A stretch of 64,000 nt of DNA from Acidobacteriota bacterium (GCA_019244185.1 JAFATB010000023.1:160001-224000); one strand, 5' to 3'. Positions 28,932 to 39,127 are shown, numbered from the stretch's first letter. Translations and numbers: made by a program. The notes: generated by a model not told the origin, from the sequence alone.

Positions 28932-30010
28932 TCGGCGAAGTACTCCTTGCGCGCGCTGACGATCGTGAGCCCCGCGCGGCGCGGCGTCACCTCGATGCGG
29001 CGCCAGCCCGGCCGCGTGCCCTGGCTCTGATAGACGACGAGATAGCGGCTGTTGATGTCGGCGAGCAGCCGCGCGAGCGCATCGTTCACGGTCGCGCGCG
29101 ACGCGGCCACCACCGAGCCGCCGGTGTTGCGCGCGGCGCGGTCGAGAAAGTCCGTGTGCGAGTTGCCGAGAACGATCGCGTGCACGATCGTTTTCGTGGT
29201 GCTGATGCGGCGCAGCGCCGCCTCCTCGGAGAGCGCGCTGTTGCGATCGCCGCCGTCGGTGATGACGATCGCGTACGTGCGCTCGTCGCTCGCAATCGAC
29301 GCGAGCGCATCGCGCAGCGACGTGCCGCCCGACGGAACCGTGCTCGCGAAGAGGCGCGCGAGATCGTCGCCGCGCGCGATCGGACGCGCGGCGGCGACGT
29401 TGTGGTTGAAGAGGACGAGCGACGCGCGATCGCCCGCGCGCAGTTGCCGCAGCTGCTCGCTCACCGCGTGCAGCGCGGCCGCGAGCTTGCCGTCGTTCAT
29501 GCTCAGCGAGCGGTCGACGACGAACGCGAAATGCGCCGGCGGACGTTCGACGCGCACGTCGCGCACGGTCTGCTCGACGCCGTTCTCGCGCACGCGCAGG
29601 TCCGACGCGCGCAGCGTTTGCGACGTCCGCACGCGCAGCGGCAGCTCGACCAGCGTCACGTTCAGCGTGTCGTTCGCCGACAGTGCGGCCGTGCGCACGC
29701 GCGCGTCCTCGCGGTTGCGGTAGCCGTTCGACCAAACCGTCGCCTCGATCGTGCGCGCGGCGAGGCTCTGGCCGAAATCGAACGCGATGCGATACGGCGG
29801 CTTGCGCGCGACGCCGGCGAGCGCGCCGTCGACACGGAAGTCGACGCGATCGACGTTCGCGGCGTCCGTCGTCACTTCGATCGCCGTGGGACCAAGCGCC
29901 TGCGCGCCATCGAGAGGCGAGATGAACGTCACGCGCGCCTGCCCGGCGAAAGCGAAGGCGAACGCGAGGAACAACGCTGCGAGAAACGGGAGCCGGCGCA
30001 CGGGACGCAA
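28928..30010 (-). CDS. Secreted Ig-like + VWA domain protein
   Basis: Signal peptide; Ig-like VDFRVDG; MIDAS DRSLSM, GGTSLRDA, ITDGGD, TGG. Confidence 0.88.
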   Translation of the reverse strand: MRPVRRLPFLAALFLAFAFAFAGQARVTFISPLDGAQALGPTAIEVTTDAANVDRVDFRVDGALAGVARKPPYRIAFDFGQSLAARTIEATVWSNGYRNREDARVRTAALSANDTLNVTLVELPLRVRTSQTLRASDLRVRENGVEQTVRDVRVERPPAHFAFVVDRSLSMNDGKLAAALHAVSEQLRQLRAGDRASLVLFNHNVAAARPIARGDDLARLFASTVPSGGTSLRDALASIASDERTYAIVITDGGDRNSALSEEAALRRISTTKTIVHAIVLGNSHTDFLDRAARNTGGSVVAASRATVNDALARLLADINSRYLVVYQSQGTRPGWRRIEVTPRRAGLTIVSARKEYFAE

Positions 30011-30126
30011 AACGTCTCCGGCGCATAAGTGATTTCGCTCGTATGGGTTGACGCCTGCAGCGGACGCGATCGTCCCCGGCCGGAGACGTGGAGGGGCGGC
30101 ATTCCGGCTATACTGCCGGCCATCCT

Positions 30127-30852
30127 GTGAGTCGAAACGATACCCGCTACGGCGTCACGATCTGTGACCGCTGCGCCGACTGCCAGTGGCGCGCCGACAG
30201 CTTCTTCTGTCAGTTCGACGCGGACATCCTCAAGGCCTTCGACGCGATCACGTTCACCAGCGTGCATCCCGCCAGCGCGCTGCTGTACGCCGAAGGCGAG
30301 GCGCCGCGCGGACTGTTTCTCTTGTGCCACGGCGGCGCGAAGCTGAGCATCTCGTCCGGGAGCGGCAAGACGCTCATCACGCGCATCGTCGAGGCGGGCG
30401 AAGTGCTCGGCCTCTCCAGCGTCCTCTCCGGCAACGCGTACAAGTCGAGCGCCGAGACGACCGCCCCGTCGCAGGTGAAGTTCGTGCGGCGCGACGATTT
30501 TCTGCGCTTCTCCGAAACGTATCGCGACGTCTCCTTCAACGTCGCGCGCCAGCTGATCGAAGAGTGCGAGTCGGACGCGAACCAGATCCGCGCCCTCGGC
30601 CTGGCGAACTCCGCCGCCGAGCGGCTCGCGCAACTGCTCCTCGCGTGGTGTCAGGAGAACGGACAGCCGTCTGCGAGCGGCATGCGCTTCCCGGTCGTCA
30701 TGACGCATGAAGAGATGTCGCAGATGATCGGCACCTCGCGCGAGACGGTCACGCGCCTGCTGAAGAGTTTCCGCGAGAAGAAGATCCTGACGGTGCGGCG
30801 CACGTCGATGACTCTGCACAAAAAGTCGGAGCTCGAAGACCTCATCGTCTGA
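30127..30852 (+). CDS. Crp/Fnr family transcriptional regulator with N-terminal Cys cluster
   Basis: CDRCADC-x8-C, cNMP-like beta-roll (GEVLG), HTH MTHEEMSQMIGTSRETVTR. Confidence 0.92.
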   Translation: MSRNDTRYGVTICDRCADCQWRADSFFCQFDADILKAFDAITFTSVHPASALLYAEGEAPRGLFLLCHGGAKLSISSGSGKTLITRIVEAGEVLGLSSVLSGNAYKSSAETTAPSQVKFVRRDDFLRFSETYRDVSFNVARQLIEECESDANQIRALGLANSAAERLAQLLLAWCQENGQPSASGMRFPVVMTHEEMSQMIGTSRETVTRLLKSFREKKILTVRRTSMTLHKKSELEDLIV

Positions 30853-30893
30853 CGCGCGGGTCTTCTCGACGCAGCGGATACAATCGCCGCCCG

Positions 30894-31916
30894 ATGCCGC
30901 TCGATCCGATCGCGCTCGCCCGCCAGCTCATCGACGCGCCGTCGCCGACCGGCGAAGAAGCCGCCGTCGGCGAGCTCCTCGACGCGCAGCTCTCCGCGCT
31001 CGGCTTCACCACGCGCCGTCACGCCGTCACCGACACGCGCTTCAATCTCTTCGCGTCCGCGGGCGGACGCCCGCGCGTCGTGCTCAACTCGCACATCGAC
31101 ACCGTGCCGCCGTGGTTCGCCTCGCGCGAAGACGACGCGCACGTCTACGGCCGCGGCGCGTGCGACACGAAAGGCATCATCCCGGCGATGCTCGCGGCAG
31201 GGGAGCGGTTGCTCGCGCGCGGCATCCGCGACTTCGCGTACCTCTTCGTCGTCGGCGAAGAAACCGACTCGATCGGCGCGAAGACGGCGAACGAAGCGTT
31301 CGCCGATCTCGGCTCGGAATTCGTCGTCGTCGGCGAGCCGACCGAGTCGAAGTTCGCGCGCGCGTCGAAAGGCGCGTTCACCGCGACGGTGCGCTTCGCA
31401 GGCGTCGCCGCGCACTCCGCGTATCCGCACCTCGGCGACTCGGCCATCAACCGCATGGTCGCCGCGATCGACGAGATCAACCGCTTCGCGGACTGGGGCG
31501 CGGACGACGTCCTCGGCAACGCCACCGTCAACGTCGGCGTCGTGCGCGGCGGCGAGAAGCCGAACATCGTGCCCGCGTGGGCGGAATGCGAGATGATCTT
31601 CCGCCTCGTCACGACCCCTGAGGATGTGCGGCAGAAGCTGGAGACGCTCGTGGCGCGGCATGGTGGCGCGATCACGGCCGCGCGCGGCAATCCGCCGCAG
31701 CGGATGATCGTGCCGGCCGGCCAGCCATCCGCGGTGGTGGCGTTCAATACTGACGTCCCCTGGCTCGGCAACCTCGGGCAGCCGCTGCTCTTCGGTCCCG
31801 GCTCGATCCTCGACGCGCACGGCGTCGACGAGAAGATCGGCAAGCGGGAATTGCTCGACGCGGTCGCGACGTACGAGTCGATGGTGATCTCGCTGCTCGA
31901 AGGGAACGTGACGTAA
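30894..31916 (+). CDS. M20 family metallo-hydrolase (ArgE/DapE-like)
   Basis: SHIDTVP, YGRGACDTKG, GEE, GEPT, AHS, AHGVDE. Confidence 0.9.
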   Translation: MPLDPIALARQLIDAPSPTGEEAAVGELLDAQLSALGFTTRRHAVTDTRFNLFASAGGRPRVVLNSHIDTVPPWFASREDDAHVYGRGACDTKGIIPAMLAAGERLLARGIRDFAYLFVVGEETDSIGAKTANEAFADLGSEFVVVGEPTESKFARASKGAFTATVRFAGVAAHSAYPHLGDSAINRMVAAIDEINRFADWGADDVLGNATVNVGVVRGGEKPNIVPAWAECEMIFRLVTTPEDVRQKLETLVARHGGAITAARGNPPQRMIVPAGQPSAVVAFNTDVPWLGNLGQPLLFGPGSILDAHGVDEKIGKRELLDAVATYESMVISLLEGNVT

Positions 31917-31919
31917 CGC

Positions 31920-33110
31920 ATGCCGCAGCTGAAAGAATCGATCTATCTCATCGCCGCGCTCCGCACGCCGATCGGCAAGTTCGGCGGCGGACTGGCCTCG
32001 CTCACCGCCGCGCAACTCGGCACCGCCAGCGCGAACGCCACGCTCGCGCGCAGCGGCATCGACCCGCACGCGATCGACGAAGTGATCTTCGGCAACGCGC
32101 GCCAGGCCGGCGTCGGCCCGAACGTCGCGCGGCAGATCGCGATCAAGAGCGGGCTGCGCCACGAGGTGCCGGCGTACACCGTGAACCAGGCCTGCGGCTC
32201 GGGCCTGCGCGCGATCATGAACGCCGCCGATCAGATTCGCTTGGGGCAGGCGAGCGTCGTCCTCGCCGGCGGCACCGAATCGATGTCGAACACGCCGTAC
32301 CTGTTACCGCGCGCGCGCTGGGGCTACCGCATGGGTAACGACGAGATCGTCGACGGCATGGTGCGCGACGGCTTCCTCTGTCCGCTCGCCGACGAGATGA
32401 TGGGCTCGACCGCGGAGACGCTCGCGGAGCAGTACGGCATCTCGCGCGACGAACAGGACCGCTACGCCGTCGCCTCGCAACAGAAGGCCGCGCGCGCGTA
32501 CGACGAACACCGCTTCGCCGATGAGATCGCGCCGGTGACGGTGGCCGGTAAAAAAGGCGACGTCGTCATCGACACGGACGAACATCCGCGCTTCGACGCC
32601 ACGCTGGACAGCATGGCCAAACTGCCGCCCGTGTTCCGCAAGGGCGGCAGCGTGCACGCCGGCAATTCCTCCGGAATCACCGACGGCGCGTCGAGCATGC
32701 TCGTCGCGAGCGAAGAAGCGGTGGCGCAACACAAGCTGACGCCGATGGCGCGCATCATCGGTTACGCGCAGGCGGGCGTCGATCCGAAGATCATGGGCAT
32801 CGGTCCCGTGCCGGCGACCCGCAAGCTGCTCGACGACACGCGGCTCTCGCTCGACGACGTCGATCTCATCGAGCTCAACGAAGCATTCGCCGCGCAGGTC
32901 ATCGCCTGCGACCGCGAGCTGCACTTCGACCCCGCGAAGCTCAACGTGCACGGCGGCGCGATCGCCCTCGGGCATCCGATCGGCTGCACCGGCGCGCGCA
33001 TCACGACGACGCTCCTGCACGCGCTGCAAACGCGCGAGCGGAAGCGCGGGCTGGCCACGCTCTGCATCAGCGGAGGCATGGGGCTGTCGCTGCTGGTGGA
33101 GCGCGTTTGA
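31920..33110 (+). CDS. Acetyl-CoA C-acetyltransferase (thiolase)
   Basis: [32 protein letters not shown]. Confidence 0.95.
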   Translation: MPQLKESIYLIAALRTPIGKFGGGLASLTAAQLGTASANATLARSGIDPHAIDEVIFGNARQAGVGPNVARQIAIKSGLRHEVPAYTVNQACGSGLRAIMNAADQIRLGQASVVLAGGTESMSNTPYLLPRARWGYRMGNDEIVDGMVRDGFLCPLADEMMGSTAETLAEQYGISRDEQDRYAVASQQKAARAYDEHRFADEIAPVTVAGKKGDVVIDTDEHPRFDATLDSMAKLPPVFRKGGSVHAGNSSGITDGASSMLVASEEAVAQHKLTPMARIIGYAQAGVDPKIMGIGPVPATRKLLDDTRLSLDDVDLIELNEAFAAQVIACDRELHFDPAKLNVHGGAIALGHPIGCTGARITTTLLHALQTRERKRGLATLCISGGMGLSLLVERV

Positions 33111-33871
33111 TGCGCTTCACCGATTCGCATTGCCATCTCACGATGTCCAACCTCGACGCGAACCTCGCCGCGGCGCGGGCGGCGGGCGTGCGCGGCTTCG
33201 TCGTGCCGGCGACGAAGCTCGACGACGCGCCGCAGGCGGTGGCGATCGGACAGCAGCACGACGACGTCTGGTCGGCGGTCGGCTTCCATCCTCATGAAGC
33301 CAAAGACTGCGACGACGACGCCTTCCGCGAGATCGCGCGCCTGGCGAAGATGCACCGCGTCGTCGCCATCGGCGAGTGCGGCCTCGACTACCACTACATG
33401 CACTCGCCGCGCGACGTGCAACGCGAGGTTTTCGAGCGGCATCTCGCGCTCGCCAAAGAGCTCGACAAACCGATCATCGTCCACAACCGCGAGTCGACCG
33501 ACGACATGCTGGAGATCCTCACGCGTGCCGGCGCGCGCGGCATTCTTCATTCGTATACGGAATCGCTCGACGTCGCGCGGCGTCTCGTCGACCTCGGCTA
33601 CTTCATCTCGTTTTCCGGCATCGTCACGTTCAAGTCCGCCGAGTCGCTGCGCGAGGCCGCGCGCGGACTGCCGCACGACCGCGTGCTCATCGAGACCGAC
33701 ACGCCGTACCTCGCGCCGGTGCCGTACCGCGGCCGCGACAATGAGCCGGCCTACGTCATCAAAGTGGCCGAACTGCTCGCCAGTCTGTGGAACGTTTCGC
33801 TCGAGGAAGTGGCCGCGCAGACCACCGCAAATTTCGAGCGGGCCTTCTCGGTTACACTCCCGGAACCGTGA
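33110..33871 (+). CDS. tatD: TatD family nuclease
   Basis: [34 protein letters not shown]. Confidence 0.93.
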   Translation: MRFTDSHCHLTMSNLDANLAAARAAGVRGFVVPATKLDDAPQAVAIGQQHDDVWSAVGFHPHEAKDCDDDAFREIARLAKMHRVVAIGECGLDYHYMHSPRDVQREVFERHLALAKELDKPIIVHNRESTDDMLEILTRAGARGILHSYTESLDVARRLVDLGYFISFSGIVTFKSAESLREAARGLPHDRVLIETDTPYLAPVPYRGRDNEPAYVIKVAELLASLWNVSLEEVAAQTTANFERAFSVTLPEP

Positions 33872-34593
33872 GCGAGGCGCCTGATCTGTCGGTCGTCTTC
33901 CCCGTCTACAACGAGGAAGAAAACGTCCCTCTGCTGCTGCGCGAGATCGCAGCGGCGCTGCAGGGGCGCGGCTGGACGTACGAGATCGTGGCCGTCGACG
34001 ACGGCTCGACCGATCGCAGCCTCGCCATTCTCCGCGAAGCGCGAAAAGACTATCCGACGCTGCGCGTCATGGCGCTGGCGAAGAACAGCGGCCAGACCGC
34101 GGCGCTCGATGCCGCGTGGCGCGCCGCGCGCGGGAAGCTCGTGGTCTCGCTCGACGCGGACCTGCAGAACGATCCCGCCGACATCCCGCGCATGATGCAG
34201 CGCCTCACCGAGAGCGGCGCGGACATGGTCATCGGCGTGCGCGTCAATCGCCGCGACACGTGGAGCCGCAAGATGCAGTCGCGCATCGGCAACGGCGTGC
34301 GCAACTGGATCACCGGCGATCGGATCACCGACACCGGCTGCTCGCTCAAGCTCGTGCGGCGCGAGGCGATCGATCGCGTGCGCCTCTTCACCGGCATGCA
34401 TCGCTTCCTGCCGACGCTCGTGCGCTACGCCGGCTACCGCGTCGTGGAGATGCCGGTCAACCATCGCGCGCGGCAGTTCGGGACGTCGAAGTACGGCGCG
34501 ATGAATCGCGCGTTTCGAGGGTTGGCGGATTGCTTCGCGGTGCGCTGGATGGGCAAGCGCATGCTCAACTACCAGGCGCGGGAAGACGCATGA
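33868..34593 (+). CDS. GT2 glycosyltransferase (polyprenol-phosphate/DPM synthase-like)
   Basis: [32 protein letters not shown]; GTGA overlap. Confidence 0.92.
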   Translation: MSEAPDLSVVFPVYNEEENVPLLLREIAAALQGRGWTYEIVAVDDGSTDRSLAILREARKDYPTLRVMALAKNSGQTAALDAAWRAARGKLVVSLDADLQNDPADIPRMMQRLTESGADMVIGVRVNRRDTWSRKMQSRIGNGVRNWITGDRITDTGCSLKLVRREAIDRVRLFTGMHRFLPTLVRYAGYRVVEMPVNHRARQFGTSKYGAMNRAFRGLADCFAVRWMGKRMLNYQAREDA

Positions 34594-34910
34594 ACTGGCA
34601 TTGGGACCTCTGGCTGATCTTCGGATTCGCCGGCCAGTTCCTCTTCGCGGGACGCTTCCTCGTGCAGTGGATCTCTTCCGAGCGCAAACGCGAGAGCCAC
34701 GTCCCGATCGCGTTCTGGTACTTCTCGCTCGCGGGCGGTCTGGTGATGACGGCGTACGCAATTCACCGCAGAGACCCCGTGTTCATCATCGGGCAAGGTT
34801 CGGGTCTCATCGTCTACATCCGCAACCTGATGCTCATCCATCGGCAACCCCAGCGCGAAACCCATGTTGACCCCGCAGCAACGCCGGCAGCTCCTCCGGA
34901 TCGCGCGTGA
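34590..34910 (+). CDS. Lipid-A-disaccharide synthase N-terminal (LAB_N) domain membrane protein
   Basis: GQFLFAGRFLVQW..SE...SHVPIAFWYFS...DPVFIIGQ...YIRNL. Confidence 0.88.
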   Translation: MNWHWDLWLIFGFAGQFLFAGRFLVQWISSERKRESHVPIAFWYFSLAGGLVMTAYAIHRRDPVFIIGQGSGLIVYIRNLMLIHRQPQRETHVDPAATPAAPPDRA

Positions 34911-35421
34911 CACCATCACGGCCGCTCTCGAAGGGCAGCGCTACGCCGTCGATCTCGCCTCCGTCGACGAAGATCTGCAGCGTCCCGCCGGCGCGTTCGT
35001 GACGCTCGAGAAGCACGGCGATCTGCGCGGCTGCATCGGCTCGATCGAGCCGGTCGCGCCGCTCGCGCAGGCGGTGTCGTCGAGCGCGATGAGCGCGGCG
35101 TTCCGCGACCCGCGCTTCCGTCCCGTGCGCGCGGACGAGCTGCCGCAGCTCGACATCGAGATCTCCGTCATGGGGCCGATCGAGCGCGTTAACGACGTCA
35201 ACACGATCGAGGTCGGACGCGATGGCCTCATCCTCTCGCGCGGCTCGCGCGCGGGGCTGCTCCTGCCGCAGGTGGCGACCGAATACGGGTGGGACCGCGA
35301 CACCTTCCTCCGCCAGACCTGCCTCAAGGCGGGGCTTCCGCCCGACGCGTGGCGTGCCGCCGACTGCCGGATCGAGAAGTTTTCGGCGGAAGTTTTCGGC
35401 GAGCAAGACACTGCGCTGTAA
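34864..35421 (+). CDS. AmmeMemoRadiSam system protein A (AMMECR1 family)
   Basis: GAFVTL, LRGCIG, DPRF, GLLLPQVA, CLKAG. Confidence 0.92.
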   Translation: MLTPQQRRQLLRIARDTITAALEGQRYAVDLASVDEDLQRPAGAFVTLEKHGDLRGCIGSIEPVAPLAQAVSSSAMSAAFRDPRFRPVRADELPQLDIEISVMGPIERVNDVNTIEVGRDGLILSRGSRAGLLLPQVATEYGWDRDTFLRQTCLKAGLPPDAWRAADCRIEKFSAEVFGEQDTAL

Positions 35422-35475
35422 GCACTTAGCGGCTCTTGCGTCCTGATCCGTAATATTCCCGGAGGCCGCGGGGTT

Positions 35476-35504
35476 TTGACGTGTCCATTCGGAGAGTGTA
35501 AGGT
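35476..35504 (+). promoter_or_regulatory. Sigma70-type promoter of the lytic transglycosylase gene
   Basis: TTGACG-17 nt-TAAGGT. Confidence 0.55.
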
Positions 35505-35538
35505 TATTCGACTTACAATAACTCGGAGGAAGCGCCTG

Positions 35539-36465
35539 ATGCAGAAGCCTCGTCCCGTCGTCGACAGCCTCTCGACCCGCGTCGCCCGCGCCCGCAAAGC
35601 GGCGGAAGGGCATCGCTTCATGCGCATGGTCGGTGGCCGCGGCGCGGCCGCGCTCCTCCTCGGCACGGCACTCTCCGTCGGCGGCGTCGCCGAGACGCTC
35701 GACCACGTGCACTTCCTGGTGCAGAAAGACCTCGACGCCGTGCGCGTCGTCCGCCAGAACGGCAAGGCGGAGACCGTCGTGGCCAGCCTCGACGGCGGCT
35801 TCACCGGCAACACCGTCTTCAAGCTCGCGCAGGTGCTTCCCGAGCGCTACGTCTCGCGCGAGCGCGCGCTCTTCGACGACGCGTGGCTGCCCGCGCCGGC
35901 GTCGGAAGGCGAGCCGCACGCGTCGCCGCGGAAGCACGACCTCTTCTTCGACGAGATGCGGCGCATCAACGAGGCCATCCGCGCCGACTTTTTCGCGAGC
36001 TCGATTCCGTACGGCGAGCTCATTCACGAGAAGGCGGCAAAGTACAAGGTCGATCCCGCGCTCGTCGCGGCAGTGATCGAGCAGGAGTCGAAGTTCCGCG
36101 CCACGGCGAAGTCGCAGGTCGGCGCGCGCGGGCTCATGCAGCTCATGCCGCGCACCGGCCGCTGGATGGGCGCGCGCAACCTCTACGATCCCGAGCAGAA
36201 CATCGACGCGGGTGTGCGCTACATCAAGTACCTCAACGAGCGCTTCCACGGCGATCTGCGCCAGACCATCGCCGCGTACAACGCCGGCGAGGGCACGGTG
36301 AAGCGCTACCGCGGCGTGCCGCCGTTCGGCGAGACGCGCCAGTACGTGAAGAAGGTCCTGCACAACTACGACAAGCGCAACAAGGAGCTGGAGAAGTACA
36401 AGAACGAACAGCTCCGCGGCGGCGGCTCGGTTCCGGAGCCCGACGGCACGCTCACTCTGCGCTGA
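35539..36465 (+). CDS. Lytic transglycosylase (SLT domain)
   Basis: GGAGG SD; IEQES, GARGLMQLMP, NIDAG, AAYNAG, PPFGETRQYV. Confidence 0.92.
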   Translation: MQKPRPVVDSLSTRVARARKAAEGHRFMRMVGGRGAAALLLGTALSVGGVAETLDHVHFLVQKDLDAVRVVRQNGKAETVVASLDGGFTGNTVFKLAQVLPERYVSRERALFDDAWLPAPASEGEPHASPRKHDLFFDEMRRINEAIRADFFASSIPYGELIHEKAAKYKVDPALVAAVIEQESKFRATAKSQVGARGLMQLMPRTGRWMGARNLYDPEQNIDAGVRYIKYLNERFHGDLRQTIAAYNAGEGTVKRYRGVPPFGETRQYVKKVLHNYDKRNKELEKYKNEQLRGGGSVPEPDGTLTLR

Positions 36466-36495
36466 TTGACCGCTTCCCCCATCCTGCGCTAACTT
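36466..36495 (+). promoter_or_regulatory. Possible sigma70-type promoter of the LysM gene
   Basis: TTGACC-18 nt-TAACTT. Confidence 0.4.
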
Positions 36496-36554
36496 GTTGA
36501 GCTGACTCCGTCAGCTACGAAGACGAGTCAGGCAAAAGGACCTGGGAGGGGACA

Positions 36555-37784
36555 ATGGTCAGTGTGCGCAGGGTGGCTCCCTTTCTCCTTCTCGCGTTCG
36601 CGGCAACCGCGTTCGCGCAGAAGCAGTCGTCAACGCCGCCGCGCGATCTTCATCGCGCCGGCGATCACTGGACGGCGTACAACCCTCCCGATCCCGCCAC
36701 GTATCCCGCCGGTGCGAAGACGCACACGATCAAGAGCGGCGACACGCTCTGGGCACTCGCGCAGACCTACTACGGCAACGCGTATCTCTGGCCGCAGCTG
36801 TGGGAGTCGAACACGTGGGTGACCGACGCGCACTGGATCTATCCCGGTGACGTTCTGCTCGTCGAGGGCGAAGGCAACGCCGCGCCGGCGACGGCGAGCG
36901 TCACGAACAGCACCACCACGATGACCGCCGAGACGTCTTCGATGCAGGCGACGGCGACCACGGCCCCCGCGACCGCGAACGCCGGCGAGGCGGACGAGGG
37001 CTTCGCGTCGGAGGAGGTCGAAGGCGGCATCCCCGTCGCCCGCATCGCGCGCGACAGCCGTCCCATTCCGCTCGCGACCGAATCCGACATCTACTGCTAC
37101 GGCTACATCGGCGATCCGAACGAGTCGCTGCCGAACTACTTCGAGTCGATCGAAGACACCGAGACCGGCTACCTTCCGCACGCGCCGGGAACCACGGATG
37201 CGGCCGCGTTCGTCGCCCAGGGAGATCTGATCTACATTCACGGCGGCTCGGCGACGGGCCTCGTCGCCGGCGAGACGTACCTCGCCGTGACGCCCGGAGA
37301 TCTCGTCTACCACCCCGTCACCGGCAAGCTCCTCGGCCGCCAGTATCAGTACGCGGGACAGGTCCGCGTGCTGTGCACGGAGCCGAATCGCTCGCGCGCG
37401 GTGATCTCGCAGTCTTGCCGGGAGATCGACATCGGCGCGCGACTCAAGCCGCTGCCGCAGTTGCCGATCCCGATCGCGCGCATCCCGGAGTCGGCCGCGT
37501 GGTGCGACGCGCCGACGGGCCGCACGGTCGGCACGATCGTGCATTCGCTCGGCTGGGACGTCGGGATGGTGCAGGGCAATCTGATTCAGATCGACCTCGG
37601 CGCCGAGGACCAGTTGCAGCCCGGCGACTTCATGACCGTCTACCGTCCGAGCCCGCGCGCCGATCAGCCGCGCGTGGTCCTGGGCGAGATCGGCATCCTC
37701 ACCACGCAGGCGCACAGCGCCACCGCGATCATCGTCCAGTCGCGGCGCGATATGCAGATCGGCGATCAGGTGGAGATGCGCTAG
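36555..37784 (+). CDS. LysM peptidoglycan-binding protein (TsaP-like architecture)
   Basis: Signal peptide; HTIKSGDTLWALA...WPQLWESN...IYPGDVL; beta-rich C-terminal domains. Confidence 0.88.
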   Translation: MVSVRRVAPFLLLAFAATAFAQKQSSTPPRDLHRAGDHWTAYNPPDPATYPAGAKTHTIKSGDTLWALAQTYYGNAYLWPQLWESNTWVTDAHWIYPGDVLLVEGEGNAAPATASVTNSTTTMTAETSSMQATATTAPATANAGEADEGFASEEVEGGIPVARIARDSRPIPLATESDIYCYGYIGDPNESLPNYFESIEDTETGYLPHAPGTTDAAAFVAQGDLIYIHGGSATGLVAGETYLAVTPGDLVYHPVTGKLLGRQYQYAGQVRVLCTEPNRSRAVISQSCREIDIGARLKPLPQLPIPIARIPESAAWCDAPTGRTVGTIVHSLGWDVGMVQGNLIQIDLGAEDQLQPGDFMTVYRPSPRADQPRVVLGEIGILTTQAHSATAIIVQSRRDMQIGDQVEMR

Positions 37785-37796
37785 AATCGCGCGTCC

Positions 37797-37869
37797 GGGT
37801 CCATAGCTCAGCGGTTAGAGCTACCGGCTCATAACCGGCAGGTCCCAGGTTCGAATCCTGGTGGACCCA
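37797..37869 (+). tRNA. tRNA with CAU anticodon, probably tRNA-Ile2 (lysidine) rather than Met
   Basis: Acceptor GGGTCCA/TGGACCC, D arm GCTC/GAGC, loop CTCATAA (CAT 37830-37832), T arm CCAGG-TTCGAAT-CCTGG; G1-C72 pair excludes initiator tRNA; G3 favours Ile2; TAGAAT just upstream; followed by CCT, so CCA is not fully encoded. Confidence 0.9.
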
Positions 37870-37943
37870 CCTGAACGTTTGATGCAAAGACTCCACAAGA
37901 ACATCCAGTACTGTCCCCGGCGCGGAGAGCATCCGTTGCCCAC

Positions 37944-37972
37944 AGGCGTTCCGACCATGGAACGCCTTTTTT
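37944..37972 (+). terminator. Rho-independent terminator after the tRNA
   Basis: AGGCGTTCC-GACCAT-GGAACGCCT followed by a T run. Confidence 0.85.
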
Positions 37973-37988
37973 GTTTTCGGAGGAATCG

Positions 37989-38696
37989 TTGAGCGAAGTC
38001 GACAAACTGTGGGAACTGCAGACCGTTCTTTCCGCGCTGAACGAGCGCGAGAAACAGATGGCCGTGAAGCCGGAAGGATTCGCCGCCATCGACCGCGAGT
38101 ATCAGTCGGCCAACGACGAGATGTCGCGGCTGCAGGAACAGCTCGACGGTCTCGGGCGCGAACGCCGCCGCGTCGACGGTGAGCTCAGCGACCAGCAGGA
38201 GACGCTCCGCAAGTATCAGGGGCAGCTCATGCAGGTGAAGAACCAGCAGCAGTACGCTGCGGCGTGGAAAGAGATCGACGCCACGCGCAAGCACGTGAAG
38301 GACCTCGAGGAGTCGGTGCTGCGCAACATGACCGAGGCGGACGGGCTGCAGCAACAGCTCGACGGGCGGCGCGGCGGCCACGGCGAGCTCGAGTCGCGCT
38401 ACAACGTCGCGCACGACGAGTGGCAGCATTCGCTCGGCGATCTGAAGAAGGAAGCGGAGGAACTGCGCAAGCGCGCCGAGGCGCTCGAGGCGACGCTTCC
38501 GCCGCGGCTGCGCAACGAGTTCCAGCGCATCCTCAAACAGCGCAACGGCGTCGCCGTCGCGCGCGTCGACAACAACACCTGCTCCGCCTGCCGCACGCGC
38601 ATCCGCCCCGCGCTCGCGCAACAGCTCAAGCGCGGCGACCTCGCGTTCTGCGAAGGCTGCCACCGCATTCTCTACATGGAGAGACCGTCATCCTGA
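37989..38696 (+). CDS. Coiled-coil protein with C4-type zinc ribbon (DUF164 family)
   Basis: TTG start with GGAGG SD; long coiled coil; CSAC...CEGCHRILY. Confidence 0.9.
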   Translation: MSEVDKLWELQTVLSALNEREKQMAVKPEGFAAIDREYQSANDEMSRLQEQLDGLGRERRRVDGELSDQQETLRKYQGQLMQVKNQQQYAAAWKEIDATRKHVKDLEESVLRNMTEADGLQQQLDGRRGGHGELESRYNVAHDEWQHSLGDLKKEAEELRKRAEALEATLPPRLRNEFQRILKQRNGVAVARVDNNTCSACRTRIRPALAQQLKRGDLAFCEGCHRILYMERPSS

Positions 38697-39127
38697 AGAT
38701 CACCGCGTTCATCGACGGCGCGGCCCGCGGCAATCCCGGGCCCGCCGGCTACGGCGTCTACATGACCACCGACTCCGGCGAGATCCTCGAGATCTGCGGC
38801 TACCTCGGGCGCACGACGAACAACGTCGCCGAGTACGCCGGCCTGCTCGAGGCGCTCACCGTCGCGCGCGAGGAAGGCGCGACCGAAGTCGAGATCGTCT
38901 CCGACTCCGAGCTTCTCGTGAAGCAGATGCTCGGCGTCTACCGCGTCAAGCATCCGAACCTTCTGCCGCTGTACGAGCGCGCGAAGACGATGGCGCGCGG
39001 CTTCGGCCGCTTCCGCATCCGCCACACGCTGCGCGCGGGCAACAAGGACGCCGACCGGCTCGCGAACCGCGCGGTCGACCACGCGCGCGAAGGACGGCTC
39101 CTCGAGAGACGACGTGCCGAGAGCTGA
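38693..39127 (+). CDS. Ribonuclease HI family protein (probable CTG start)
   Basis: FIDGAARGNPGPAG, TNNVAEY, SDSELLVKQM, NKDADRLAN; no ATG/GTG/TTG close upstream of the first catalytic Asp. Confidence 0.88.
   Translation: MKITAFIDGAARGNPGPAGYGVYMTTDSGEILEICGYLGRTTNNVAEYAGLLEALTVAREEGATEVEIVSDSELLVKQMLGVYRVKHPNLLPLYERAKTMARGFGRFRIRHTLRAGNKDADRLANRAVDHAREGRLLERRRAES

Noticed and set aside
30012-30089. 11-bp inverted repeat ACGTCTCCGGC/GCCGGAGACGT and a half CRP-like site (GTGA-N6-TCGT) in the divergent promoter
   Set aside because: Short, GC-rich and widely spaced; the CRP match is only partial, so too weak to call
36500-36555. Possible c-di-GMP-I riboswitch before the LysM gene (GGCAAA...GGGAC)
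   Set aside because: Lacks the GAAA tetraloop stem and the GCAAAGC segment; only a small hairpin AGCTGAC/GTCAGCT is present
37797-37990. tRNA as an integration site for a genomic island
   Set aside because: No integrase and no duplicated tRNA 3' end noticed; downstream genes are housekeeping
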